44,764 nucleotides of DNA from IMG/VR virus record IMGVR_UViG_3300045988_107297; one strand, 5' to 3'. The number at the start of each line of letters is the position of its first letter. Positions within the stretch are counted from its first letter, which is position 1. The DNA is from a virus. A model generated the notes under the pieces. The model was not told the origin of the DNA and did no database searches. It saw only the letters and a list, made by a program, of their open reading frames with translations. A program made the translations under genes and the position numbers. Below are positions 16,634 through 25,408 of the stretch, piece by piece.

Positions 16634-17353
16634 ATGAGATCCATTCAAATCTTCAACAACCCCGAGTTTGGGGATATCCGCACGGTAGACCTGAACGGCG
16701 AGCCGTGGTTCGTGGGCAAGGACATTGCAGCAGCACTTGGGTACGGCGAAGGGAAGTCACTCGCCAACGCCGTAGCAAACCACGTTGATGATGTAGACAA
16801 GGGGGTCACCGAAATGATGACCCCCGGCGGAATGCAGAAAATGGTCATCGTCAACGAAAGCGGCGTGTACAGCCTGATTTTTGGCAGCAAGCTGGAAGGT
16901 GCGGTGCGTTTCAAGCGCTGGGTGACCGGCGAGGTGCTGCCTACCCTGCGCAAGACGGGCAGCTACACGATGCCCAAACTCAGCAAGGAGATGCAGGCGC
17001 TCTTCCTTCTGGATGACCGCACCCAAAAGCAGGATGCCCGGCTCACTGCGCTCGAGAACACCATGACGGTGGATTACGGCCAGCAGCAAACGCTGAAAAA
17101 GGCCGTTGGCCGGGTGGTTGTGGAAGCCCTGGGTGGCAAGACGGCCCCGGCCTACAACGACCCCCATGTGCGCGGCAAGCTGTTCAGCGAGTGCAACCGT
17201 GATGTGCAGGACTGGTTCCGGGTCAACAGCGTGTGCAACGTACCCCGCAAGGATTTCACTCAGGCTGTGGAGTACATCCAGCGCTGGAAGCCCAGCACCA
17301 ACTCCGTGATGCTCATTCAGCAGACCAACGCCCAGACCAGCTTATATGAGTAA
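16634..17353 (+). CDS. antirepressor (Bro-N domain plus ORF6C-like C-terminus)
   Basis: IQIFNNPEFGDIRTVDLNGEPWFVGKDIAAALGY is the Bro-N signature. ATG 16634 follows GGAGG. Confidence 0.85.
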   Translation: MRSIQIFNNPEFGDIRTVDLNGEPWFVGKDIAAALGYGEGKSLANAVANHVDDVDKGVTEMMTPGGMQKMVIVNESGVYSLIFGSKLEGAVRFKRWVTGEVLPTLRKTGSYTMPKLSKEMQALFLLDDRTQKQDARLTALENTMTVDYGQQQTLKKAVGRVVVEALGGKTAPAYNDPHVRGKLFSECNRDVQDWFRVNSVCNVPRKDFTQAVEYIQRWKPSTNSVMLIQQTNAQTSLYE

Positions 17354-17365
17354 GGAGGCACCGCA

Positions 17366-17602
17366 ATGACACGACCGACTTTAACCATCACTGAGTGCTG
17401 TGAGGTGCTTCGCGCCAACAACATTTCTGTGGACAACAAGGGTCTGGCGGCCGCCATTGAAGCGGGCCGTCTCCCGTGGGCGGTAGCCATGAACGCCCCC
17501 GGGGCAAAGCTCCAGCCAAAAATCTTCAAGCACAAGCTGGCCCGGTGGCTTGAAGAAATGACCGGGCATCCCCCCGTTGCCATTGAGCCCGAATGGCTCT
17601 GA
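17366..17602 (+). CDS. small DNA-binding protein (excisionase-like?)
   Basis: RBS AAGGAGG. The call rests on its 78-aa size and its position after the antirepressor. There is no strong motif. Confidence 0.4.
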   Translation: MTRPTLTITECCEVLRANNISVDNKGLAAAIEAGRLPWAVAMNAPGAKLQPKIFKHKLARWLEEMTGHPPVAIEPEWL

Positions 17603-18205
17603 AATGCGGCGGCAATGCACCGAGAACCTATGCAAAGGCTCGGCAATGTCTAGCTTCGCGGCGGCATTGAGTGGATGTGCAAGGCACAGCCACGGAATTG
17701 CATAGATGAGCAATGGCATGGAAAGGATTTGCGACGGATTAGCTACGCTGGGCAGAGCAAGGGAGAAGCGTTGAGTTGCCGCGGAAAAGCTACGATCTGC
17801 GACGGAAAAGCGCAGAGGTGAATTGCGGCGGAACTGAAGCGCACAGCGAAGCAGGGCAAAGGAGATGCGAAGCGACGATTAGCACCGCGCCACACCGCGA
17901 TGGATATGCAATTAACCGCGAAGCTATGGCACAGATTCGCGAAGAATTGACAAGCAACGGATACGCGAGGCGATGATACGAGATGGCGAAGATTTGCAAT
18001 GCTCGGCAGTGGCGAAGCAAGGCATGGACGCGCATGGCATAGGAATCGCAAGGACGGGCTCCGAAATGCAGTGGCATGGCGGTGCAACGAATTGAGTTGC
18101 CGAGGAAAAGCTCTGATTCGCAATGGAAAGGCTGAGCCACGACTTGCTGAGCAACGGAGCCGCAAAGAAAGCGAAACAAACACAATAAAAACGGAGGATT
18201 TAACG
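17603..18205. repeat. purine-rich non-coding region with degenerate iteron-like repeats
   Basis: At least 11 copies of a word close to GAT-N-TGCGA-N-GGA (for example 17725-17738, 17793-17806, 17819-17832, 18114-18127). A ~45-nt direct repeat pair lies at 17771-17815 and 18092-18135. All + frames are broken by stops. Confidence 0.7.
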
Positions 18206-18862
18206 ATGGAAAAAGCTTTGAAAATCAGGCTTACTCTGCTGGAAGAGGCGCTGGGCAGCAGCCCCAGCAATGAGGACTTGTTGGGCACGTACATTGCCAG
18301 CAAAGCCCCCAACGAAGAGCTATCCGCTCAGGAGGTGGAAAACATCAAGGCCCAGCAGGCCGAGGATCGCGCGACGGTGTTCCCGAAGCTGGCAGACGGC
18401 ACCCCCTTCATCTGGGACTACCAGATTAAAGGAATGTTCAAGGACAGCTGCAAGATGCTGGCCAAAGCCGGGAAAGCTGGCTATCCCGGCGGGAAGGCTT
18501 GTGCCGCCATCAAAGCATACAAACAGGCCATTGATGGGTTGCTCTTTGTAACCCCCCGTGAAATCCCCTTCAACCTGAACGGTATGAAGATGGACTACTG
18601 CGAACGGTCTTTGCGGGCCGACACTCCTATGGGGCCGCGTACCAGCATTGCGAAGTCGGAAAGCGTCCCGGCGGGCAGCACGTTGGAATTTGAGATTGAG
18701 TTGCTCGACCCGAAGCTGGAAGCCATGGTGCGGGAGTGCCTGGACTACGGCAAGCTGCGCGGGCTGGGCCAGTGGCGCAACAGCGGTAAGGGCCGCTTTG
18801 TGTGGGACTTGCTGGACGCAAGCGGCCGAATTATCGGCGGGAATAACGAGTTTGAAAAGTAA
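18206..18862 (+). CDS. RAMP / Cas7 (Csm3/Cmr4)-like protein, 218 aa
   Basis: RBS ACGGAGGA before ATG 18206. Four RAMP-like motifs occur in order: KIRLTLLEEALGSSP, PFIWDYQIKGMFKDS, GPRTSIAKSESVPAGSTLEFEIEL, and LRGLGQWRNSGKGRFVW (glycine-rich loop). Confidence 0.5.
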   Translation: MEKALKIRLTLLEEALGSSPSNEDLLGTYIASKAPNEELSAQEVENIKAQQAEDRATVFPKLADGTPFIWDYQIKGMFKDSCKMLAKAGKAGYPGGKACAAIKAYKQAIDGLLFVTPREIPFNLNGMKMDYCERSLRADTPMGPRTSIAKSESVPAGSTLEFEIELLDPKLEAMVRECLDYGKLRGLGQWRNSGKGRFVWDLLDASGRIIGGNNEFEK

Positions 18863-18873
18863 GGAGGCGCCCA

Positions 18874-19137
18874 ATGCTGTATGAATTGAGTAGTTGCGAG
18901 GTGATAGTCTTGCAGGCCGCCTGTGCGGTGGCCAAGGCCCGGATGGCGGAAAACGCCGAATCCTCCGAGCGTTGCGCAAACGACCAGCACTTGCCGAAGG
19001 CTGAGCGCGCCAGCGCGGCCCGGGTGGCCAGGTGGTACCAGAAGCGGGCGGCCACCTTTGAGGCCGTCAGCAAGTCACTTGACTGGGGCCAGGAGATCAC
19101 CACCCTGGCGCAGGCCAAGGAGGCGCTGGAACGATGA
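18874..19137 (+). CDS. hypothetical protein
   Basis: RBS AAGGAGG, 87 aa. Confidence 0.6.
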   Translation: MLYELSSCEVIVLQAACAVAKARMAENAESSERCANDQHLPKAERASAARVARWYQKRAATFEAVSKSLDWGQEITTLAQAKEALER

Positions 19138-19286
19138 GGGTTTTGCTGAGCCTGCTGCCCTGGCTGGGGCTGGCAGCGCTGATCTGGTACATGGCCGCTT
19201 GTGTGGCGGCCGACAAAAAGCCCAAAGCAGCCCAGATGGTGGCGCTGATGCTGGCCACCTGGCTGCTGGCAATGTGGGCGGAATGA
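19134..19286 (+). CDS. 50-aa two-TM membrane peptide
   Basis: ATGA overlap with the previous stop. Translation: MRVLLSLLPWLGLAALIWYMAACVAADKKPKAAQMVALMLATWLLAMWAE. It is below the ORF-track cutoff. Confidence 0.5.
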   Translation: MRVLLSLLPWLGLAALIWYMAACVAADKKPKAAQMVALMLATWLLAMWAE

Positions 19287-19298
19287 GGTGAAACAAGC

Positions 19299-19763
19299 GT
19301 GGATAAAGCGAAATTACAGGTAGAAGCCTTCAAGGAGCTGGTCACGCGCAGGGCGTTTGTAGCCTACGAGTGCAATGACGGCGATACGTACATCACATTT
19401 GACGGTTATTCAGCGTTTTTGGTGCCCACCGAAGACGTGTGCATTGACATCTCAAAAATGCGGCATATGCCTTCGCTCAAAAATCTTTTTGAGCTGAACG
19501 AAGGCTACCGCGAGGCCCGGCTCACAAAACGTTGCGCCATGTTTGATGCCAACGGAGGGATCCTCCGCGAGTATCGCGCCGTTGACGATGCGGCGAAACG
19601 CGTGTGGGTGCGTGAAAGCATGATGAAGAGGTACGGCTCTGAGAAGTGCACGGCATACATCCGCGACGAACTGGGCGCCGTGAAATTCGTAAATCAAGCA
19701 ACCGGTAAGGTGGACCACATTATCTTACCAGTGCGCGTGTGTAATGGAGGCAATGATGACTGA
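19299..19763 (+). CDS. hypothetical protein
   Basis: GTG start 7 nt after GAGGTGA, 154 aa. Confidence 0.6.
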   Translation: MDKAKLQVEAFKELVTRRAFVAYECNDGDTYITFDGYSAFLVPTEDVCIDISKMRHMPSLKNLFELNEGYREARLTKRCAMFDANGGILREYRAVDDAAKRVWVRESMMKRYGSEKCTAYIRDELGAVKFVNQATGKVDHIILPVRVCNGGNDD

Positions 19764-20043
19764 ACTTTACATTACTGTACAGAAAAAGGCCGCCCCGGCT
19801 GGAACCCAGAGCGACCTGCAAAGTGCCAAAGCTGCGCGCCGTGGCACCTATACTGTACGCCATATGCTGGCCCGCGTCAACTGGGGCGGTATCTTCGGCG
19901 GCATCTTCGGTGCGCTGGTGGCGGCCGCCATCTGGGTGCCGGTGGCCTATCTGACCCGCGGCTACTGGGCCGTGGGCGGCGAAATCTTTTTGATCGGCCT
20001 TGCGGCTGGTTTGGGCAGCTGGCTGGGAGGTGGCGAACCGTGA
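19756..20043 (+). CDS. membrane protein
   Basis: ORF 19744..20043. GGAGG at 19746-19750 favours ATG 19756. The C-terminal half is Gly-rich TM segments. Confidence 0.55.
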   Translation: MTELYITVQKKAAPAGTQSDLQSAKAARRGTYTVRHMLARVNWGGIFGGIFGALVAAAIWVPVAYLTRGYWAVGGEIFLIGLAAGLGSWLGGGEP

Positions 20044-20219
20044 AGTGCGATATGGATTGTGCACACTGCAAGCGGCCCGCAAGGAAGTGCCATGGTGGTA
20101 ACTTCCACACGCCATACGCAGACCGTGGAAGCCTGCCCACGAAGAAGCCCCCACAGGGGCCTACCCCGGAATATCTTCCCGCCGTAAACCGCTGCGGGAA
20201 ACGAGTGACAAACAAGTAA
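20040..20219 (+). CDS. 59-aa Cys-rich basic protein
   Basis: GTGA overlap, with GGGAGGTGG 7 nt upstream. The sequence contains CDMDCAHCKRPARKCH and RCGK. Confidence 0.4.
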   Translation: MKCDMDCAHCKRPARKCHGGNFHTPYADRGSLPTKKPPQGPTPEYLPAVNRCGKRVTNK

Positions 20220-20231
20220 AGGAGAAGAACA

Positions 20232-20474
20232 ATGGAAAACAATAACAACGTTTTTAAGCCTCTGGTGGACATTGATTACACCGGCATTATCCGTCCCACG
20301 TGCTTTAGCCTGTGCTTGGGAGAGCGCTACTTGGCGGAGATTCTGGAGCAGCTGATTCCTTGCGGGACGAGCTTCGCCGGGCGTGTCCGCCTGATTGTCG
20401 AGGACTACACGCAGAGCACGGGAATCCCCGAGCCGGAAGAGAAGAAGGAGGGATCCGAAAATGAATCTGTATGA
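20232..20474 (+). CDS. hypothetical protein
   Basis: RBS AAAGGAGAAG, 80 aa. Confidence 0.6.
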   Translation: MENNNNVFKPLVDIDYTGIIRPTCFSLCLGERYLAEILEQLIPCGTSFAGRVRLIVEDYTQSTGIPEPEEKKEGSENESV

Positions 20475-20925
20475 GATTGACAAGGCCATTCTGGCCTGCA
20501 TCGACCCCGAGACCGGGGAGCTGATTGACGAAGAGGCGCTGGCAGCTCTCCAGATGGAGCGCACGGAGAAGATCAAGAACGTGGCGCTCTGGCTGAAGAA
20601 CCTGAACGCCTCTGTGACAGCCTTGAAGGCCGAGCGGGATGCCTTTGACGAGCGAATGAAGGCGGCGCAGAAGAAGGCGGACGGCCTGAAAAAGTACCTT
20701 GCAGACGCTTTGCAGGGGCAGAAATTCAGCACCGACGAGTGCGCAGTGAGCTTCCGCCGCTCCGCTGCCGTGACCGTCTTCGACGCGGCCGCACTCCCGG
20801 CGGAATACGTGGCCGAGAAGATCAGCAAAACCCCCGATAAGGACGCAATCAAGGCCGCCATTAAATCCGGCATTGAGGTGCCTGGGGCTGCTCTGGTGAA
20901 CAACTTGAGTGTACAAATCAAGTGA
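20461..20925 (+). CDS. Gp157-family protein (Sipho_Gp157)
   Basis: MNLYEIDKAILACIDPETGELIDEEAL...KAERDAFDERMKAAQKKADGLKKYL...EVPGAALVNNLSVQIK matches the Gp157 layout. It precedes the annealing protein. Confidence 0.8.
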   Translation: MNLYEIDKAILACIDPETGELIDEEALAALQMERTEKIKNVALWLKNLNASVTALKAERDAFDERMKAAQKKADGLKKYLADALQGQKFSTDECAVSFRRSAAVTVFDAAALPAEYVAEKISKTPDKDAIKAAIKSGIEVPGAALVNNLSVQIK

Positions 20926-20933
20926 GGTGCAAC

Positions 20934-21554
20934 ATGGGAAATCTTGACATTTACAACAAGCTGCGGGAATGCCCCGATAACGCGATTAAACCTATCGCTG
21001 CGGGCCGGTTGAAGGGCATGAGCGACATCAGCCCCATGTGGAGAATCAAGGCCCTCACGGAAGCCTTTGGCCCGTGCGGAATCGGCTGGTGGTACACCAT
21101 CGACAAGCAATGGTTGGAGCATGGCAACGGCTCTGAGGTGGCGGCATTCTGCAACATCACCTTATTTTATAAGCTGAATGGCGAAGAGAGCCACGGCATC
21201 CCAGGAACGGGCGGCAGCGGCTTTGTGAAGGCCGAGAAGAACGGTGCCTACACCTCGGATGAGTGCTTTAAAATGGCGCTTACTGATGCAATCAGCGTGG
21301 CCGCAAAGGCACTTGGAGCTGCCGCCAACATCTACTGGCAGCAGGACCGCACGAAGTACGAGCAGCCCCCTGCACCGGCCCCTGAGAAGCCTATCTTGTG
21401 TGAGGGATGCAAGCAGCCCATCAAGCCGGTAAAGAAGCGTGACGGCACGATTATGACGGCTGCGCAGGTGGCCGATTGGACAAAGCACAAGCGCGGAAAG
21501 CCCCTGTGCATCGACTGTGAACGGGCCGCACAGAAGGCGGAGGATAAGGCATGA
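20934..21554 (+). CDS. Rad52/Sak-like single-strand annealing protein with C-terminal zinc ribbon
   Basis: LTEAFGPCGIGWWY core motif. C-terminus CEGC...CIDC. It lies between Gp157 and NinB. Confidence 0.6.
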   Translation: MGNLDIYNKLRECPDNAIKPIAAGRLKGMSDISPMWRIKALTEAFGPCGIGWWYTIDKQWLEHGNGSEVAAFCNITLFYKLNGEESHGIPGTGGSGFVKAEKNGAYTSDECFKMALTDAISVAAKALGAAANIYWQQDRTKYEQPPAPAPEKPILCEGCKQPIKPVKKRDGTIMTAAQVADWTKHKRGKPLCIDCERAAQKAEDKA

Positions 21555-22045
21555 AGCTGTGCATCAAGGCCCGCCAATTCCCCGACCACATCGGGAACCT
21601 GCTGCATGTGTGCCAGGGTTTTGAGCCTGAGCAGCTAATCGACATCCAGATTGACAAGCACCGGCAACGGCGAAGCCTTGACGCAAACGCTTACTGCTGG
21701 GTGCTGCTGGACAAGTTGGCGGCGGTGCTGCGCAAGCCGAAAACGGAGATTTACCGAGAGCTGATCCGGGAGGTTGGCGGAAACTGCGAGACCTACTGCG
21801 GACTTGAGAAGGCCGTGGATAAGCTGGTGCAGCTGTGGGAGAAGAACGGCATCGGCTGGTGTGCGGACGTGACCGACAGCAAACTGGAGGGCTGCAAGAA
21901 CGTGGTGCTGTATCAGGGCTCAAGCACCTATGACACCCGCCAGATGTCGCGCCTGATTGACCTTGTAGTGCAGGAGTGCCGGGCGCAGGGAATCGAGACT
22001 GCAACCCCGGCGGAATTGGAAAAGTTGAAGGAGGCGTGGCATTGA
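21551..22045 (+). CDS. ninB: NinB/Orf-like recombination mediator
   Basis: RSLDANAYCWVLLDKLA and QGSSTYDTRQMSRLIDLVVQECRAQGIE parallel lambda NinB (RSLDQNRKLWACLGDVS; GQSTSRMRVGEFAELLELIQ). Confidence 0.65.
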   Translation: MKLCIKARQFPDHIGNLLHVCQGFEPEQLIDIQIDKHRQRRSLDANAYCWVLLDKLAAVLRKPKTEIYRELIREVGGNCETYCGLEKAVDKLVQLWEKNGIGWCADVTDSKLEGCKNVVLYQGSSTYDTRQMSRLIDLVVQECRAQGIETATPAELEKLKEAWH

Positions 22046-22386
22046 CAAACGAGTACGGCGCAAGGCTTGACCGGAACGGATATGCCCCTAGCATTGTGCA
22101 GGAATACATGGATGAATGTTTCATTTGCAGAGCGAATGGATACCGTGACAAGCTAGATCGGCACGAGGTTTTTTTCGGGCCGTATCGGGACAAATCGAAG
22201 CGGTTGGGACTGTGGGTGAGCCTTTGCCACCACGCCCACCACATTGACGGACCATCGGCTGTGCACAACAACGCCACGGCCGACCACGCGCTGAAATGGT
22301 TTGCTCAACAGTGCGCAAAGGAGTTTTACGGATGGAGCGAAGATGACTTCCGCTCCGAATTTGGTAAGAGTTACCGGGAGGATTGA
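22042..22386 (+). CDS. Cys/His-rich small protein (HNH-like?)
   Basis: TTG start 7 nt after GAAGGAGG. The sequence contains CFICR..RHEVFFG..GLWVSLCHHAHH..AVHNN. Confidence 0.35.
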   Translation: MTNEYGARLDRNGYAPSIVQEYMDECFICRANGYRDKLDRHEVFFGPYRDKSKRLGLWVSLCHHAHHIDGPSAVHNNATADHALKWFAQQCAKEFYGWSEDDFRSEFGKSYRED

Positions 22387-22390
22387 GAAC

Positions 22391-22807
22391 ATGAATCAGA
22401 TCATCATTATGGGCCGCCTGACCGCCGATGTGGAGATGCGCCAGACGCAGGCCGGAGACGCAGTAGGCTCCTTCTCTGTGGCCGTGGACGGCCCGAAGAG
22501 CCGCAACGGCGAAAAGCACACCGACTTCTTCCGGGTGACAGCATGGCGCAAGACTGCCGAGTTTATCTCCGGATGGTTTCACAAGGGGGATATGATCGCG
22601 CTCAGCGGCTCCATGCACTGCCGGGAGTACACCGACAACAGCGGCAATCGCCGCACGACGTGGGAAATGACCGCTGACAGGGCTTTCTTCTGCGGCGGGA
22701 AGAATGACGGGGGCGCCCAGAAACAGGGCACAGCGGGCGAATTTGCCCAGTCAGCGGCGACGGATGACTTTGCGGTCATCGACGACAACGAAGATTTGCC
22801 CTTTTAA
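22391..22807 (+). CDS. ssb: single-stranded DNA-binding protein
   Basis: MNQIIIMGRLTADVEMRQT OB-fold start and an acidic tail ending DDNEDLPF. Confidence 0.9.
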   Translation: MNQIIIMGRLTADVEMRQTQAGDAVGSFSVAVDGPKSRNGEKHTDFFRVTAWRKTAEFISGWFHKGDMIALSGSMHCREYTDNSGNRRTTWEMTADRAFFCGGKNDGGAQKQGTAGEFAQSAATDDFAVIDDNEDLPF

Positions 22808-22821
22808 TCGGAGGCAGCGCC

Positions 22822-23514
22822 TTGAAAGATAACAATTACATCGTGATTCAGGGGTGGATGCGCTCCCGCCTGAATCTTACCGGCAACGCCCTGCTTGTGT
22901 ACGCCTGTGTTTTCGGATTCTCGCAAGCTGGTGAGTGGTTTACTGGCACGGCGGCTTATCTGGCTGACTGGTGCGGATGCAGCAAGCGGGCAATCTTCCA
23001 GCAGCTTTCCACCCTGACAGAGCGCGGGCTGCTGGAAAAGCGGACAAGAGATGTCGGCGGTGTGACCTTCTGCGACTACCGCGCAGTCGAGCCTGGACAA
23101 GAGCCGGAACCCGAAAAAACACCTGAAAAAGATAATGCGCCAGCTTCACCCCCCATGCAGAATTTTCATGGGGGTGATGAAAAAACTTCACCCCATAATA
23201 TAAAGATAAATAATACTCGAGTATCTAAAGATACTCTCGTATGCGCAAACAACGGGGGGTTTGATGCTTTTTGGGCTGCCTACCCCAAAAAGAAGAGCAA
23301 GGGGCAAGCATTATCAGCGTGGAAGAAACTTAAACCTGATAGCTCTTTACAGGCTGTGATCCTGAAAGCAATCGAAGCCCAGAAACGTAGCCCTGATTGG
23401 CAAAAGGATAAAGGACAATACATACCCTACCCAGCCACCTGGCTGAATGCAATGGCATGGGAGGATGAAATGCCCGCTGAACAGAAGCGAAGGGAGGTGC
23501 AATATTTGCCATGA
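22822..23514 (+). CDS. replication initiator / replisome organiser (winged-HTH N-terminus)
   Basis: TTG start 7 nt after GGAGG. It has an N-terminal wHTH-like segment and the C-terminal motif FDAFWAAYPKKKSKGQALSAWKKL...PYPATWLNAMAWEDE. It lies upstream of DnaB. Confidence 0.6.
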   Translation: MKDNNYIVIQGWMRSRLNLTGNALLVYACVFGFSQAGEWFTGTAAYLADWCGCSKRAIFQQLSTLTERGLLEKRTRDVGGVTFCDYRAVEPGQEPEPEKTPEKDNAPASPPMQNFHGGDEKTSPHNIKINNTRVSKDTLVCANNGGFDAFWAAYPKKKSKGQALSAWKKLKPDSSLQAVILKAIEAQKRSPDWQKDKGQYIPYPATWLNAMAWEDEMPAEQKRREVQYLP

Positions 23515-24704
23515 TCGAAGCAGAAAAGGCCGTCATTGGCTGCCTGCTTGTAAACCAGCAGGCACAGCCGTACATTCTGGATGCCATCACCGGCGAGGAC
23601 TTCAGCGACCCAGAACTTGGTGAAGTGTACGACAAACTGGCCAGCCTGTGGGCACGGAACCGGAAGCTGGACACGGTGAGCGCGGCCTCTGTGATGGGCA
23701 ATGAGCTGCTTGCAGAGTGCGCGGAAGCCCCCATTGCTTATAGCAACTACCCGGCGTATATTGCCGCCGTGAAAGACCATACGCTGGTGCAGCGAGCGCA
23801 GGCGGTGGGCCTGAAGCTGGCAAGCAGCGGATGCTCCAAAGATGATGTGGAGGGCGCGGCGCAGGAGCTGGCGCATATGCTGGCAGGCAAGCAGAGCACC
23901 GGGCGCTTCAACGCCATGGATTGTGCCACGTGGTTCATGCGGGCCATGGCTGGCGGGCGGCCGCCCTACTTCGCCACCGGTTTCGGGCGGCTTGACCGCT
24001 ACACTGGATGGGGGCCGGGTGACTTCGTGGTAATCGGCGGACGGCCCAGCAGCGGCAAGACGGCATTCACATTGCAGGTGGCCCGGCAGATCGCGCAGAA
24101 CGGCAAGCGCGTTGGGTATTACAGCTACGAGACGAGCAAAGAACGTCTCAGCATGAGGATTTGCACCAACATCATGCGGCTGCAATACGACAGTGTGAGG
24201 CGCTACTCGGTGCAGATGGACAACGCAAACGAGATTCAGCTGCGGGCACTCGACCACTTTGCCACTTGCCCGCTTGAAATCGTGGAAGCCAACGGGCGCG
24301 GTGTACAGTGGCTGAAAATGGACGCTCAAGCGCAGAAGTTTGATGTGGTTTTCATCGACTATTTGGGACTTATCCCTTCCCGTGGGAAGGACAGCTACGA
24401 GCGGGCCACAATGGTGTCGAAGGACTTGCACGACTTCGCCCAGCAGACAAAAATTTGCGTTGTGGCGTTGTGCCAGCTGAACCGCGCCGGGGCTGGTGAC
24501 CTGCCCACGATGGAAAACTTGCGCGACAGCGGCCAGATTGAGCAGGACGCGGACAACATCATTCTGCTACACAACGATAAAGAAACGGGTAAATACACCG
24601 TGCGCATTGCAAAAAACAAAGACGGAATTACAGGTGATTTGCCGTTCAATTTTGTCGGAAGTCAGCAGCGGTTTGAAGAGGTAGCGGTGAATGATTACAG
24701 TTGA
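23511..24704 (+). CDS. dnaB: replicative DNA helicase DnaB
   Basis: Walker A GGRPSSGKTAF, CQLNRAGAG, LRDSGQIEQDADNIILLH. Confidence 0.9.
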   Translation: MIEAEKAVIGCLLVNQQAQPYILDAITGEDFSDPELGEVYDKLASLWARNRKLDTVSAASVMGNELLAECAEAPIAYSNYPAYIAAVKDHTLVQRAQAVGLKLASSGCSKDDVEGAAQELAHMLAGKQSTGRFNAMDCATWFMRAMAGGRPPYFATGFGRLDRYTGWGPGDFVVIGGRPSSGKTAFTLQVARQIAQNGKRVGYYSYETSKERLSMRICTNIMRLQYDSVRRYSVQMDNANEIQLRALDHFATCPLEIVEANGRGVQWLKMDAQAQKFDVVFIDYLGLIPSRGKDSYERATMVSKDLHDFAQQTKICVVALCQLNRAGAGDLPTMENLRDSGQIEQDADNIILLHNDKETGKYTVRIAKNKDGITGDLPFNFVGSQQRFEEVAVNDYS

Positions 24705-25047
24705 TCTCCCCTTCCGCCTGCCGGGGGCAAATGAGTACACAAACGCTTGCCGACGGAACCGCTTCGCGGGCGGCAAAGTCAAGGCCGACTACACGCAGGC
24801 GGTGGCCCTCTACTTCCGGGGGCTGCCACCTGTAACCGAGCCGGTAAAAGTCCGCTTTACGTGGCACGAGCGTACACGGAGACGGGACAAGGACAACGTG
24901 GCCTTTGGCAAAAAGTTTGTGCTGGATGGGATGCAAGCAGCGGGCTTCTTGCCCAACGACAACAACCGGTGGGTAACAGGCTTTGAGGACTGCTTTGTAT
25001 ACGACGGGAGAGACGGAGTGACGGTGGAGGTAATCGAAAATGAATGA
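24691..25047 (+). CDS. rusA: RusA Holliday-junction resolvase
   Basis: 118 aa. The RRRDKDNVAFGKKFVLDGM motif is typical of RusA. Confidence 0.75.
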   Translation: MITVDLPFRLPGANEYTNACRRNRFAGGKVKADYTQAVALYFRGLPPVTEPVKVRFTWHERTRRRDKDNVAFGKKFVLDGMQAAGFLPNDNNRWVTGFEDCFVYDGRDGVTVEVIENE

Positions 25048-25408
25048 CAATATGTGCGAAAAGTGCAAATACAGAGAGGTTTCGACTTTTCGGCACCCGT
25101 GCATGACGTGCAAATACTCTTTCGTGCGCGGGACGTGTCAATTCGACAATAACGAAAGCTTCTTTGCACCAGAACACGAAGAGGCAGCACCGGCAGAGGT
25201 AGATCATCCTGCCCACTATGCGGGGAAGTACGAGTGCATCGACGTGATGCTGGACACGATGGGGCCGGAGGATGTAAAAGGCTTTTGTCTTTGCAACGCC
25301 TTTAAGTACCTTTGGCGCTGCAAAAAGAAGCACGAGACGCCCGAAGAGGATGTAGAAAAAGCCGTGTGGTACTTGCAAAAGTACCTCGATCTGGGCGGCG
25401 ACGTATGA
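25040..25408 (+). CDS. DUF3310-family protein
   Basis: HPAHYAGKYECIDVM...FCLCNAFKYLWRCKKK...DVEKAVWYL signature. Confidence 0.65.
   Translation: MNDNMCEKCKYREVSTFRHPCMTCKYSFVRGTCQFDNNESFFAPEHEEAAPAEVDHPAHYAGKYECIDVMLDTMGPEDVKGFCLCNAFKYLWRCKKKHETPEEDVEKAVWYLQKYLDLGGDV

Noticed and set aside
17743-18312. Long minus-strand ORFs (189, 131 and 76 aa) and the + ORFs 17776..17976 and 17999..18205 across the repeat region
   Set aside because: They arise because the + strand is purine-rich, so few stop codons form on the complement. Their translations are low-complexity echoes of the DNA repeats (for example the recurring FPRQLN). No RBS is present. The real gene starts at ATG 18206, which has a good SD.
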